Positions 1 to 14,411 are shown, counted from the whole stretch's first letter. The stretch is DNA of 62,488 nucleotides, filler included, from Sluysia triapertura (GCA_046118255.1; 5 parts of 5 records of this genome joined end to end with filler, not necessarily neighbours in it); one strand, 5' to 3'. The notes: generated from the letters alone by a model not told the origin. Numbers and translations are program-made.

Positions 1-1379
1 AAAATATTATAAAAGTTATAAATATAAAAAATTATTAATATTATTATCATTTAAAAAATTGTTTGGATTAGTAAAAGGCAAAGGTAGATATAAAGGTTCA
101 AGATTCAAGATAACAGATAAGGTAAACGTTATTGAGGAATAGAGATAGAGAATTATGATGAATTGTAATGATAAGATAAGTATATGAAATACTCGAATCA
201 AGATAAGACAATGAGAAATACGAAGGTTTTATTTGTTAAAATATTAAAGTATATTTGTTAATTAACTTAATTAAAAATTATTTAATTTGATAAGTCAATA
301 AAAAATGTTTGCTCCTGATATAATGATATCAAATTTAGTATATAATGTTGAGTTTTATTATTGGTCCTAATAATGAAATGTTACGAAGCGCGTCAACGCA
401 GATAACTTAAAATTAATTATTAAAATTAATTTTGTAATTTAAAATTAAAGATTAAATATGTTCCAATGTCTGAACATTAATAAAGTATATATCAGATTAA
501 AGCTTGTAAAGAAACAAGTTGACGTGTGACGTACCGTTACGTATAATATGAAGTATTGTTATTAAAAGAGGTTTTATATTAGACTATAAATATAGGTAAA
601 TTAGGATGATGTATTTTTATATTTGTCAGTATAATTTAAATTGTGATATTAAATTATGATTTGATTCTTTTAAGGAGATATGGGTTTGTTCTCCACGAAA
701 CTCATTATCTCCAGATAATTGTCAGATAATCTAAAGTCGGAAACTCATTGGAAATTAATATTGAAATTGCATTTTAGTAATGAGTCGACATAAAAGCGAT
801 TCTAAGAAAATAACATGTGTTGTAGACATGCAAAATAATTATATTTAATTCCCGACTATCTGGCAATTACAACTTTCAACGACAACAATCCAGAAACAAG
901 CGACAACAGTGACAATTGACAAATTGGTCAAGAACCTCTTATTATATGGACGCTAGATTCAATCGAGTTGTGGATAACACTCATTGAATCTTTTTCTTGA
1001 GCAATAACATTAAAACAAAATAAGTTTACGTGGTTTGTAGGGAGTTATTATTTTATATTTTATTTGTGATAACATTTATGTTGTGTAACCCCTGCGATTT
1101 TTAAAGAGTTAGACAATAATTTATTAAAGAATTTGATTAACTGTATAAAAATTTGATTAACTATATATATAACTATATAACTATAATTGTGATATAAAGA
1201 AGTTGATTTATAGAATTATATTTGTCATATAAAGATTTGATTTGTATAATTGTTATATAAGATTATATATCAGTTTTATTTGATTTTTAATTAATAACGA
1301 GGGATATCAGTAAACAAAGCAAAAAAACACAACATTTTAATTATTATTATTATTTTATTATTAAAGATTCAATAAACTT

Positions 1380-1840
1380 TTCAAAGGGTTGTGACGACAT
1401 TCTAATTTAAGCGTTGAAACTTTCACATTTTTTATAATATTTAGAGTTTTACAAATTATAAACGAAATACTAAAGTAAAGTTGATCGAATAGATTATAGA
1501 TAAGAAAGCTCAAGTCGTAAACTAATCCGAATCTAGTGATTTTAAGTTTATTAGTTAGGTAGGTTTTTAAGAAAACAATCCAGTAACACATGTATGGTTT
1601 TGTGAAAAATAATGAAAATTTAATAAAACTATTACAATTTTTTAAATCAGCTACTAATCCCCGGATATTAGATATTTCATTAAGGATTTAAGATTTTGTT
1701 TGAAAATCAAATTTATCAGAAAAATAATAAAATGTAAAACTTTCTTTCATTTGTATAAATACTGTGGCATTCAACTTAGACTCCTGGAGTTTATAAGTCT
1801 CTCCCTTCACAAAGGAAGTGAAAAGACTGATTTCAAAAAA
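1380..1840 (-). mobile_element. Decayed non-LTR (LINE) reverse transcriptase relic
   Basis: Broken minus-strand motifs in RT order: ISLFTSFVK (PISLL), GLVADLK (DLxKAFD), FLKTYLTNK (WFxSYLxNR). Confidence 0.4.
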
Positions 1841-3095
1841 ATAATTAAAAAATCATTATAGTGAAATTTTATTTCGAAAATATTTCTAAATTGATTTGAG
1901 TAAACAATGTTAGAATTTCTTCAGAATTATACATACACAGTATTACAAACAAAATTAAATAATTGCTTTTGTAGTAATATCAAATTTTCTTTTTAACTTT
2001 ACCATATATTTTTTACTTAAAATAATTGATACATATAATCTAACAATTCATTATAAGTCATATTTTGTATATTATTATTTAAATTTATATAAAAAATTCA
2101 TTTATAAAAATACTTTTCATATATTGATTTACAGATAAAAATTTTATTTAAATATAAATTTCAATATCAAGATACTTTTATTCACTATATCATTGTCCAG
2201 ACAAGTAACTCAATTTAATATTTTGTACTTTGTCAAGCATACTTTCATTTAAGTCATTATTTTACTAAAGACATCTAAACACATTAAATCAGTATTCAAT
2301 TGAGGTTAGTTTGAGGCAATAAAACTCAGCTAAACAAAAGCATAGGAAGGTAAAGATATAACCTAATAAAATTTATTGCATATATACAAGTGATTTGGCA
2401 TAAAAAAATTTAACTATCAATACATTCAATTTACATAATAATACATACAAACAATTTTAACCGTTTTTACCACAAGAAATTTTCTCGCTTTTGTCATTCA
2501 TTAATCTCTCTTTAACTAACATTATTGATTTAATTTTATCTCTCTTCGTGAATATACAAATTTCATTTACTTTTGTTTGATTAAGAAATTGATGCTATCA
2601 TATTGGTTGGTTATAAATAGAAGTATTTAGGCATATTATGGATAATGCTTGTACGTGTAAATGAAGTAAATGAAATGAGACCATAGGATATATACACACA
2701 AACACAATAATTAACTAATGAAAAATCAGATAGAAAGAAATTCTGTATGGAGAGAATGAGATGTGCACCCAATATTATTTTCTCATTCTCACTGTGCCTG
2801 TATGTTGCAAGATATCAGAAATGGATTTCATTATTGAGACGTCGACGACAGTAACTGCGTGAGAGTTCTCAGTAGTTATCTACTAGTTTTTCGTACATTC
2901 GATTCGATATTTCTATTGTTAATTATAATTATAATTATTGTACTTTGGATTATTTAGTGTTGGAGTTAATAAAAATTGTCATGACTAGTATATTTATAAA
3001 ATTACATTACCAATGATAAATAATATTTAAATTTATAATTTACCGGATTAGTGATAATTTATATTTTAATCGCAGTTAACTTATAAATAATCCCT

Positions 3096-3270
3096 ATGTC
3101 GGGCCAAGGTAGAAAATCCTTATCTAATTCAACAGGAGAATGGAAGTATACAGTGAAGGAGCTTCAAGAAATTATGGAACTTAGAGGAATGGAAGCAATT
3201 AATCATATTCAAGTTAAGTATAAAGGAGTCGCCAATTTATGTAGGGGCCTTCAAACATCTCCCACCGAAG
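3096..3270 (+). CDS. ATP2B: Plasma-membrane Ca2+-ATPase (PMCA), first coding exon
   Basis: MSGQGRKSLSNSTGEWKYTVKELQEIMELRGMEAINHIQVKYKGVANLCRGLQTSPTEG matches the PMCA N-terminus (ELRxLMELR...YG.V.xLCxxLxTSPxEG). Acceptor cgcag ends at 3075; phase-1 donor gttag at 3271. Confidence 0.9.
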
Positions 3271-4330
3271 GTTAGATTTCTAATTAAAATTTTGTTCAGC
3301 TTTATTAATTTCGTAATAATTTTTGGATTTAAGTAAATTATTTTAGATATGAAGTTATGTTTATGAGAAATTTAAAATCTTATTTTTATATTGACTTTGA
3401 CCATCACAAACACCGGATAGCGATAACAAAGAAAACGAATTTGAAATCAACACTTGCCCGACAAATTATTGTGTGAAATAAAAATGACCAAATATTAATA
3501 ACAGAATTCGATGTCTTTTTTATAAAATATAAAATTTTTATTTGTCATGTCAAACATTAGAAAAATTGCGCGTAACAGAAGTAGGTGAATATTTAAGCTA
3601 AAATTTGATTTGATCGATTAAACAAAAAAATTTTCAGTTAAAGTTATGTTATGAATGCTATTTTTTAAATATTTACTTTATGTTTGATTATTTTAGAAAA
3701 ATGAAATAACTTTTTTAAACTATATAGTATTTTTCTTTTTATATTTTATAAGCATTAACAGAATTTTGATTGTAACATATAATTACTTAAAGGTTAATTT
3801 TGTTTGAGTGAATTTCAGTAATTGCATGATTTTTTAAATTATGACCTTAGTTTACATATGACAAGGAATTGATATTTAAAAAACAATATTATTAAATAAA
3901 ACAATATTATTAAATATTATTATTATTAAATGATATTGTAATATAATTTTTATTTATTGCTTGTTTTAACCATAAAATACAATGTCAGTCCCGAATTTGT
4001 CTATGATGTTACAAATGAAAATGCAAATTTTAGTAATTAAAATAAGTAAGTCTCAAATCCCGATATCAACATCAATAAAATTATTTAATAAATTTACAAT
4101 ATAATTACATACTTTATGATTTTAATTTAGCAACAGTTGTTATAGAGTAGTTTATTTAATCGAATAAAACAAAATTCGACATATTAAGATTAAATAATAT
4201 CATTACTACAGTAAAAATGAATCAAATATATTATCACAATTATGAATTCCAGTTATAAATCAAATGATCAATACATTAAAGTTGTTGAGGTACAGGCCTA
4301 AAGTGCTATTTAGAGTAACGATAGTAAAAT

Positions 4331-4420
4331 TGATGCTTAGTGGTAAGAGCATCGAACTGCACAGCGGTTAAGAGAGAGATCCCGGTTCGAATCACTGTTA
4401 GTCCATTTATTGAAGTCAAA
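4331..4420 (+). mobile_element. tRNA-derived SINE-like copy 1
   Basis: A-box (tgcttagtggt), B-box (ggttcgaatc) and tail gttagtccatttattgaagtc shared with other copies. Confidence 0.6.
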
Positions 4421-4527
4421 CATATCGAAAACCCTTATGATGTTGAATTGATGATTCAAATGATGTTTGAGGTTAAAAATAACTGAATGTGGTGAGATAT
4501 GCTGAATTATAACAATTATAATAAAAT

Positions 4528-4618
4528 TGTTAGACGGGGATGATAGCTTAATTGTCAGACAATCGAAATGCACAGCTTTAAGGCGAGATGTCCGGGTTCA
4601 AATTTATTGAAGTCTAAC
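4528..4618 (+). mobile_element. tRNA-derived SINE-like copy 2
   Basis: tgttaga...gatagcttaattgtcaga...gcacagctttaaggcgaga...ccgggttcaaat...tttattgaagtc; homologous to copies 1 and 3. Confidence 0.55.
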
Positions 4619-5649
4619 TAAGTTGCACAATATTTATAATCAAAATTTTAATTATTCACAATTATTTTATAGAATATTATCAAATATCCATCACATATCT
4701 TATAAAGTATGTCTTCCATCATTTGTACTATTATTATTTTTCTGGAGAAATAATAATGTTTTCTAGCTATAATGTGTTATAGCCAATTAATTTTTCAATT
4801 TCAATCTACAATAATTATTCTATAGTTAATTAATCCATTTATATGGCCCATTTCGGTAGTGTATACATTATCCTGATGATGTGGCTAATTCCAGAACACA
4901 TAAATTAACTATACAATTACTAAATTAACATCACTGAAATTCTAACAGGTTCATTGGAGTTACATCAGAAGTAGTGAAACGGGTTCATTAATGTACAAAG
5001 CACTAGACACAAAGTATATTATTTATATTGGATAGAATAGTATTACATTCAAATAATAATTAAAATCATTAAATTAATTTTGAAGTATAATAATAATAAT
5101 AATAAACTAAAACCAAATTGCGTGTAGTATTTTATTTTAGTATTTGTTGCATTATAGTAAATAAACTTATATTATTTATTTTCTCTTTAATATTTGAATT
5201 AATAGAATTAATTACACTTCAATCTCGTACACAATGGACAAGTAAACTTTGACCGTCAGAAAAAATTTTAAAAGTTGAGATTTTAATAAAGAATAACTTA
5301 AAGTAGTTTTAGAATAATAATAGTAGATTAATGTTTTAGTAAAGATTTGAACACAAATAAAATAGCCAAAACTAATTACACTAACAATTTGGTGTGTAGA
5401 GTGACGATACTCTGTGCATACGTAATATGAGTTAGATTTTATAAAGTATTGTTAAAGTTTAGTAAGCACAGATATTACTAATATAAAGTTTATTGAATAT
5501 TTATAAATCAACATAAAGCATCATAAAGTCTTAATGTTTTAAAGTTTTGTATTCTGCATTCAAATTTTAGATAAACGTGCCTACCAGATGTGGTACTAGT
5601 TATCACAGTGACTGATACAGAAAATTAAAAAAACAAATAAAAACATAAT

Positions 5650-8600
5650 GATTGATAATAACAGTAACCCGAACAGAACATATCTGCTATGAATCTCCAT
5701 CTTCTCAATCAGAATTTAAAGATAGAAAATTTTCAGGACACGTATCAAACATATGTAAGCTTATCCCAGAATTAGAGAAATCCAACTGTGAAAGATTGAA
5801 ATAAGCTTTTACTAAAGATATTGCAGGTTACAACGAGATGAAACAGTTGCGAAATATGCTTATCAATTAAGAATTTTAGCTGAAAGAGCTTACCCACCTG
5901 AAGCAAAAATTGAAGTAGGAAGAAAAACATTTGATCAAGAAAGAATATAGGTACTCTATTAACTGCGCCATATACTGAAAGAGATAAAGCTGCATTAGAA
6001 AAGCTCGAAAGCTAGAAAAACAAATTAATAGTGAGGAACATAATGTAAACTTCACAGAAGAAAAAATGAGGTACAAAAAGAGAGAACAAGATCTCCAAAA
6101 GCTAAAAATGTAAGGTGGGATAATAAGAAATCTTAACGAGGAACAAACTCTCAAGGAACCGCTAATTATCTCTTCGTAAAAAATTCGTATATGTAAATAA
6201 ATTTCAAGGACAAAATAAAGAAAAACCGAAACTCTATAATTTTTATTGGAAAGATGAATGATTTTATTAAATTATATATAATCCATTACCCAAAAAAAGT
6301 TAACAATATATTACTAAAGAAAAGAATTTCTAAGATGCATATCACCAAATAATTGGACAGTTCTAGATAATAATAGTATTAATAAATGAAAGAGATACTT
6401 TTTAGAAGTACCTGGAGATAAAGATCAAAATAAAGGAATCCAAAATACAAAATCACTAGTAACAATGGGAGAAAAAGAAAGTGACAACAAAAAAGATTAG
6501 TGACGACCAAAACACGTGGAAAAAAACTGAGAATACATTATTTGAAGAAGATTTAGTGGATTTAGACGACAAAAGGACCTTTATAATCTATTGAATAAAT
6601 TAGAAAACGATGATAAAATAAGATGTGATGATGCTCACAATAATGAAACTAATGAAATGCAAAATTTAATTCATGAATTTGGAAATGTGGTAAAGCAAAA
6701 TTACAACGAAAACAAATTAAAAGATCAAGATAAATTAGGAGTAGATGAAGTAATAAATATTTTTACTGCAAGAACAAAAAATAAAACCAAGACTCTAATA
6801 AAAAAACCACAGAAGTAATAAAATGAAGTAATAAAAATAATAAAAATAAAATAGCTCCAAAAACCAACGATATAGAAAACAGCTAAAAGAAGCGAATGCA
6901 TTTCTTAAAAAATACTTTTAAGGCCAACAGATAAAGTAAGTGTGACAGGTACCATAAAACATATAAATACTACGCAATATCATCATCTTAATGTAAATCC
7001 AAATACAATAGAGTTACAGTTAGCTGAATTAATTAAAAAAATGCCACATACAAACCATGATAATTATCATTTTTGCATCATAATACAGTCTTAGAATATG
7101 AACACGGATTAATAATTAGAAGAGATAGAACTGCAGTTCCATATCAATAAAATGCTTGTAAAAAAGCAAATATATATATTAAAGTGAATAATTCAAAAAG
7201 GAGGATGGACATAAATAATAAGTAGTAGAAATGTATTACAGATATAGAGTATGAGACGCAGACTTCCGATTATATTAATAGATTTTGGGTTTCCAATAAA
7301 CTACCTGGATAAAGATGTTAGAATTTCTACCATAATAAAGAACGACGAAAATAACGTTCCAAATCCGAAATTTATTCATTATGATAGTGATGTAGATAGA
7401 GAAAGAGATTTTATGAATCAAAATTATTTTCACGAAGAAAAAAATATTTGTAAGAAGAATACGGGAAAAGAATGACGCTTTAAAGAAAAATATGACGCCT
7501 TAGTGCAACGCACTCTTTAATAAGAAAATTTTATGTAAAGATGTGAGAAACAAAATAATACTCTATAACAGAACAATGACATCTATAGAAAGAAATCATG
7601 TACAATTACTGGGAAAATTAAAGTGAAAAATTTCAATTGCAAGCCAAATAGTAAAGTACACATGTAGAATTATAAAATATTGTCCGTACAACATAATAAT
7701 AGGGATGGATTTTTTGAAACAAATTCCAGATGTCTTCATAGAAAAAAGAATTGAATTGAAGTATAAACTTTGTATGACAGAATAACAAGATAAAAGTAGA
7801 ATATTAAGATTTCGTAAAAAAGAAGAATCAAATATTACGAATCTTATAGTTTACACGAATTATTAGAAGCTCTTAAAGCTCCCTTAAATGTAGATAAATT
7901 AGAAACAACAAGAATACTCACTTTTGAAACACCCGCTGAATGAAGTCGTCCAATCATGGGCACCTAGTCGCAAAAAAAGATATCAACTATTTCGAGCCAC
8001 AGAGACAGATAAAGATATGTTTACAGAGGAAGTCGTTAGCGTAAGAATAGGTGTCAAGGAAAAGATACAATAGATAAAAATTTTGGGATTAGTATAGATA
8101 TAAGCTTATTAAAATATTATGTAGAAGCTCGTGCAAATATTACCTACAACGTAGATATTTATTAAACTATGCATATTTATTACACTACGGCTTTCCGATA
8201 GATTACTTAATCGCAAACGTTGAAATTGTTGTGACAATAACAAATAACGAAAACATTGGCTCGTGCAGGTTAAGTCTCTTCAACAAATACTTTGAAATGT
8301 GGAGAGAAGATTAAATAAGAAACCGAAGAAGAAATGGATTATTTCCACCAAGAACAAACGAATGTTTTTATATGTTTCAAGAAAGAGAAAAGCACAAAAA
8401 TTCCTTTCTATCAATAGTGGGATTTAATGGTCACAAATACACAATTTTGATAGACACTGGCGCTATTCATTCAATCATTAATAACTAAATTCTGGATGAA
8501 AAAGTAACACAGGAAATAACACCTCATTTTGGAATTATAACATCTATAATAGAAGAAATACAAATATTCCGAAAATTACAATATAAACTCATAATTGTAG

Positions 8601-10682
8601 GAAGAATAATGTATTCCAAGAATAATAAACAATGATATTATGATATGATTATGGGACGGACATCCTAAATAAGGAGTAATTAAGTCAGTTTGAGTTAATC
8701 GATCTTAGAGAAAGGATACCTGAAAGTACTCCGTAACTATAAATACTGTAAGAAAATATAACCTTAGCTCCAAATACAGAAACAGTAATCACTGCATATA
8801 TTTCATGCAACGGAACAGAAAGTTTACTATTCGAACCTTCAACATGTTTAATTTATAAATATTTGATTTTACTACCACGAAGCTTTAGCAAAGTAACATA
8901 CCACTTGTGATCAAGTAGAATTATTTAAAAATAAAAAATAAGGAAAATTAGAGCCAGTATGTATGGCTAAAGAAAAAACTCAAGTCTATTTGAAGAGAGA
9001 ATTTATCAGATAGTATTATAAAGAAATTACAATCAACAACGATAACTTATCTAAAATATATTAACTAAGGTTAAAACATCTTTTAAATAAATGCTAATTA
9101 AGCATAATCCCATTGAATATAGATAAACCTAAATTGAATACCACCGTATTCAATACAGTTTCACCATACTAAGATAATGAAATAACAAATCGAGAGAATG
9201 AATAAAGCTGAAGTGATACGTCCTATTCACCCTATTCAGCTCCAGTACTATTAGTCAAAAAGAAAGGCGGTTGTATGAGATTTTGACTTCAGAAAGCTAA
9301 GTTAAGTAACTAGGAAAGATGAATATCTGTTACCACATATAAGCAACAAGTTAAATAATAAACTTGGACATTCCACTTACTTCACAACATTAGATTTACA
9401 AATTGGTTATTGTCAAATTGCCACAAAACTGCATTTTCTACGAAAGAAGGGTTATTTGAATGTGATAAGATGCGTTTTCATTTAGCAAGAGCACTAGCAA
9501 CATTCCGACGATTTATGAACTTTCTATAAACAGGATGTTAACATGCGGTGATGTACGATATATTCTACGGATTTCTAAAGTAATTTAAATGATATTGAAA
9601 AAGTATTTATTCAGTTAGAAAATGCAAAACCAAAGATAAAACCACTAAAGTGTGAAGACAACATGTAATCTTTTAACAAATTTTTATAGAAAAATTATAA
9701 AAACCTTCGCAACAATAGCAAAGTCATTAATCAAATTAACCAAAAAGAATATGAAAATGTAAAGGAAAAGTATGAATTAATAAAATTTATTTCGAATGAT
9801 GTTAGTGAAAAGCATTTCAGATGTTAAAACAGTACTTACAAAAGCTTCTATCTTTGATTCTTACACATAACAGCAACAAGTAATTTTGCAATGAGAGGGG
9901 TTTTAAGACAGAAGGATAAATATGAAAATTTAATCGTTTTTCAAAGCAGTAGATTAAATTTTTGCGAATGTTAGGCAATGATCTACGCCTTGAAACAATT
10001 CAGATAGTATTTACTAGGTCATAAAATATATTTAGATTCAGATCATTAACCATTAGAATTGTATTATTAAAATATTAGAAATGTAACTGGTAGATAAGCT
10101 AGATGGAGTTTAGTTCCAGCTAAATGTAATAACCTATAGGAAAGGAATATATAATAAAAATGCTGATTTCATGTCAAGACTTGAAAACGTTAAAGAAGAA
10201 ATATTAATGGCACAAGCACGAAGAAAAGATCCAGAATTAAAACTCATAATCTGTCTTATAATAGATAAAGAAATAACAGATGAATTAGCTGCCAAATGAA
10301 ACTAGAAAATGACTCAATACCATGATGGACAATTATGAGGACACCTGTCCACTGGGAAAGCACTAAAAAGAATGGAACAAAAGTATTATTTAAAAACATT
10401 GAGAAACGATTTTATAGAGTGATGCAACACGTACTACATTTGAACATCGAGAAAAAATATTGGAGCAAAACAAAAACAAATCTTATGGAAATCATAGCGC
10501 TGGATATTTTAGGACCATTACCAATTACGTCTAGAGGAAATAAATATATACTTGTCTTCGCAGACTATCAAATAAGATGTCCCGAAGCTTTTCCTATTCA
10601 AGATCAGAAAGCGGATACAGTGGCATCACTATTTGTAGAACACTTAAGAAATTACTCAAACGCGGGAAAACTTCGTAATTGA
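5650..10682 (+). mobile_element. Decayed Ty3/Gypsy LTR retrotransposon (gag-like region, PR, RT, RNase H, IN), 3'-truncated, in the PMCA intron
   Basis: ILIDTGA at ~8445; PYSAPVLLVKKK, FRKL, YFTTLDL, KTAFST..GLFE at ~9230-9520; LKQFR*YLLG..SDH*PL..ARW..NADFMSR at ~9980-10180; IIALDILGPLPITSRGNKYILV at ~10490. Order PR-RT-RH-IN; many stops and frameshifts; left boundary approximate. Confidence 0.9.
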
Positions 10683-12051
10683 AACTTATCTGCTGTCACA
10701 AAATTCAGTAAAACAGTGAACATGTTACAATTCTAAATATGTCAATTCTAAATAAACGGATTGGTAATTAAATCCATACAATTATTGATACTGCTGCCCC
10801 TTTAAATGGGCCGCGACTTATCTATAATAGGTGTAATTTCTAATAAAGTCGATATTTTAGATTGACAATTGACAATTACGTTCTTAGTTATTAAAGGTAT
10901 TATCGGGTTATTACAGACAAGGTATTTTCTACATTAATTCACTTTAACTAAGATTGCTTTAATCCTGCAATACCGACTAGAACATTTTCATAACACTTGG
11001 TTGTGATGTTTTATAAAATATTGTGCATTTAGCAATCAATATGACGATTTACTAACATATAAGAAGACTATACATTTACATTTTTTAATACATGTCATAT
11101 ATCGATAATAAGAAAATAAAGCTTAAAAAAGATGCAAAAATATTTTTATTTTTAAGATGAAAATGTGAGTATTAATTCTTAACAATAAGGTATCATAAAG
11201 TTTCATCCGAAATTTAATATCATTACTACATAATATCATAATATCCGAAATTTAATATCATTATGTTACATAAACGTTGAATAAGTACAAATTTTGTTTA
11301 GTTTTTGGTTATGAATTGTTTAGTTAGTAAATTTACCTTATGTAATTTACAAAGATTGCTTATGTTTTACATTACATTGTATTATTAAACAAATATAAAT
11401 ACAATAATTATAAATTAAATCAATTAAATGCTAGCAAAACTTTTAATGATTTTAAAATAATGAACATAGTATTGTGAATCATAATATCGTATATTTTGTT
11501 TGCGTAATTGAAAATATAAGCTATTTAAATAAGGTAAAATCATCATTCATACGATACGTTTCTTGGTCCTGTTCAAAATTTTAGAAAATTTAAATTTGAG
11601 ATTAATTCTTTACTAGTTTTAATAGTTGTAATTTTGTGATTCTTAGTTTTTATTTCTTGCTTCATTATTTATTAGTGTGTCTGATATCCTGTTTACTGCA
11701 ACTTTCATTTCTTTTCTGAAATAGTAATATTTTTATTTTATTTTAATTTTTGATTTGTTAAATTTCAAACTTAAACCTTTTTGAAATGTTTTCTATAACG
11801 TCAACCACATATATTGATTTTTAATACTTAGTACATTATTAATCATTTTTAAGAATAGCTATTAATAAATAAAGTATTGAATTTATAGTAAAATATTGAA
11901 TCGATCCAAAAAATAAAAGTTTTAAAACAATAATGATCTCGTAGAGAACTTGTTAAACCTTAATTCAAATATCGATGCAATCAAAAAGTAGTCACAACTT
12001 TTAACCGATATACAAAACTAGTTATATAACATAATCAGTTGTACTGTACAT

Positions 12052-12425
12052 TAAGGTGACCAGTTTTTTAGATGGGCAAAGCGGGACAACTCTTAAGGAG
12101 GGGGAAGTATCAACAAAAATTTTCATAAAGAATAAAAATAATATCGTAATATTTTTTTATTTTTAACATAAGACTTACCTTAATTTTCTGCAGTAAGTAG
12201 CAGATTTGTAATATTTATTTGTTTAATTAGCCTGCTAGCACGCAGTACCAACACGAAGAGACAAATACAATGTAACTAGGTAGCAAAAACAATATGTTAT
12301 TCTTAGAACGCAAAACAATGATTTTCATAAATATAAAATTTAACTTTTTATATTAAATTTTGACTTTTGAAAAACGTCGCGGGACGGGGACAAATTGTGA
12401 AAAATCGGGACGTCTGGTCACCTTA
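12052..12425. mobile_element. hAT (Blackjack-like) MITE, 374 bp, intact 8-bp TSD
   Basis: TIRs taaggtgaccag/ctggtcacctta; TSD ctgtacat at 12044-12051 and 12426-12433; subterminal cgggac motifs. Confidence 0.88.
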
Positions 12426-12764
12426 CTGTACATCTATGAAAACTGGGGAATAAATTAATATGTATAAATAAGTAGGAAGTATATTCATCAAAAAATAATT
12501 TTTTTGTTTAAAAATGTGATTGAATACATTATATTTAAATTTTTTAATAATTTATAATTAATAATGTAATACAATATTATTTTAATTAATGTATTTTTGA
12601 CATTGAAAAAATTTAATATTTTTAAATGCGAGAAAATAGTGATAATATCATTAGGAGCAATATTATTTTAATATTTGATTCATTCTCAAATTTTCCATTT
12701 AACAAAAATTATAATATAAGGTGTATTTGTTATATTTTGTATTTTTTAAAAAAATTATTCGTAA

Positions 12765-13280
12765 TTAAATATTCAAGTACCCAAGTTCCAGCGTTTAAAC
12801 ATTAAACATTCAATTTTTAAACGAAATCCAAATCCAAAATAATATTCGTAATTTGAAGTTCCACGATAGAACTTATCGTGGTATTAAGGTCAACGCTTTT
12901 CGTTAGCTTATAGTTTTGTAATATTTATTAATAATTATTATTTATTATGTATTATTTTATTGTGTTTTATGTTTTGTGTTTTGTTACAATTTCTACCTCA
13001 AGCATTAATTTTTAATGTTATGAACAAATTGAAAAATGAGTCTACCATTAAATGAATTAGTCCTACTTATGGAATCCAGCTGTAACACGTATAAATGTAT
13101 GGATTAACAAACAAGATTTATCTTTGCATATTTTATTTAAATAAACATAGTTTATGATTTAAAAATTCGTGTATTATTTTAATAATTTTACAAATACAGA
13201 TTCGGATTTCGCTTGATTTAATATTGAATGTTTAAATACTGGAACACTGGAATACTTGGATACTTGAATATTTCAATAAC
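12765..13280. mobile_element. MITE-like element with ~70-bp imperfect TIRs
   Basis: aatattcaagtacccaagttccag...aaacattcaat...cgaaatcc is the reverse complement of ggatttcg...attgaatgtttaaatactggaa...cttggatacttgaatatt. Confidence 0.6.
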
Positions 13281-14311
13281 TTGATCAATGTAAACCAATT
13301 ATACTTTCGATAACCGACTAAAATAAACTAAACAACTTGTTCACTAACTTGTGATTTTCCCTAGTATTTGTATTACTGACATACTGATTGTTGTATGTAC
13401 TTGATTATATTCTATTACAGTTTGTATCTCCTGTAAAATCTGTTCTTACTAAATTTTATATACATTTCAGTGTATTATAGCTCATGTATCTATATTGTAT
13501 TTGACTATAGGTTTATATTAATTTTTAATATGCAATGCTGTGTAGTGGAATTGTCCATGCATCTGTTTTATATATGTTGGGATTCACAAGTGTTAAGAAA
13601 TTAGGGAGAAACATATAAAGCTATAAATGAAGAGAGATTAATGTATTGGACATTATAAACATTGTCGAAAGTTGGTATTTGCAGACGTTAATTCGTTTTA
13701 AATTTATTTGGAAAATAATGGTTTTTGTCAAGCTGAGTAAACCAAAGTAGGTATATATGAGATTAATTATTCTGAAACTGCGAAAGAATCATAAAAATAA
13801 AAACATTTATAATAATTATAACAGCTAAAGAATGCCTTGACATTTCAAAGAACTATATAAGATGTCGAGACCTTTTGGAGGCTTGAAATGTACCTGAAAA
13901 ACCTTTGAAGGTATTAGAACACCTTTGAGCTTGTTAATTTTGAGATCATCTAAGACTCTATTAACTTTTAAATATTCTGGAAACTTTGATAAGCATCTAA
14001 GATCTTTGAGTAATATTATAAAGTGTATAAAATCTTTAAAATATTTGAGAAATAAAATCAATGTTCAAAATAATAAAGATAAGTTCAACATAGAAATAAT
14101 TAACATGAAAAAGTCGAAAAAAGAATCAGAGAGGTGAAGATGAAAGCATCTAGAGCCTCCTGAATGACTTATAAACTACTAAAAAAACTTTAGAACCTCA
14201 ATAAAACCTTTAAACATAGAATAATATTAAGTCCAGAAATAGATTAATTAATTAAAAATTTTAATTAACTTAATTAAGAAAAAGTACGTTTTTGTGAATA
14301 ACTTTTGAATG

Positions 14312-14411
14312 NNNNNNNNNNNNNNNNNNNNNNNNNNNNNNNNNNNNNNNNNNNNTTAATTAATTAANNNNNNNNNNNNNNNNNNNNNNNNNNNNNNNNN
14401 NNNNNNNNNNN
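14312..14411. other. Artificial contig linker N44-TTAATTAATTAA-N44
   Basis: Exactly 100 nt; core gives stops in all six frames; identical at four places. Confidence 0.98.

Noticed and set aside
16-201. Short I/L/F/K/N-rich track ORFs such as this one, 25798-25998, 30922-31161 and 37983-38281
   Set aside because: Expected by chance in very AT-rich DNA; no motifs or splice support
4331-4405. Functional tRNA gene
   Set aside because: Acceptor stem and anticodon arm are not canonical; diverged copies share non-tRNA flanks
4850-4900. Hammerhead ribozyme at ctgatgatgtggctaattccagaac
   Set aside because: Only a 3-bp stem II, GAAC instead of GAAA, and no clear stems I or III
14312-14411. TTAATTAATTAA between N runs as a biological motif
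   Set aside because: Identical 100-nt construct occurs four times; it is a concatenation spacer, so no synteny can be inferred across it
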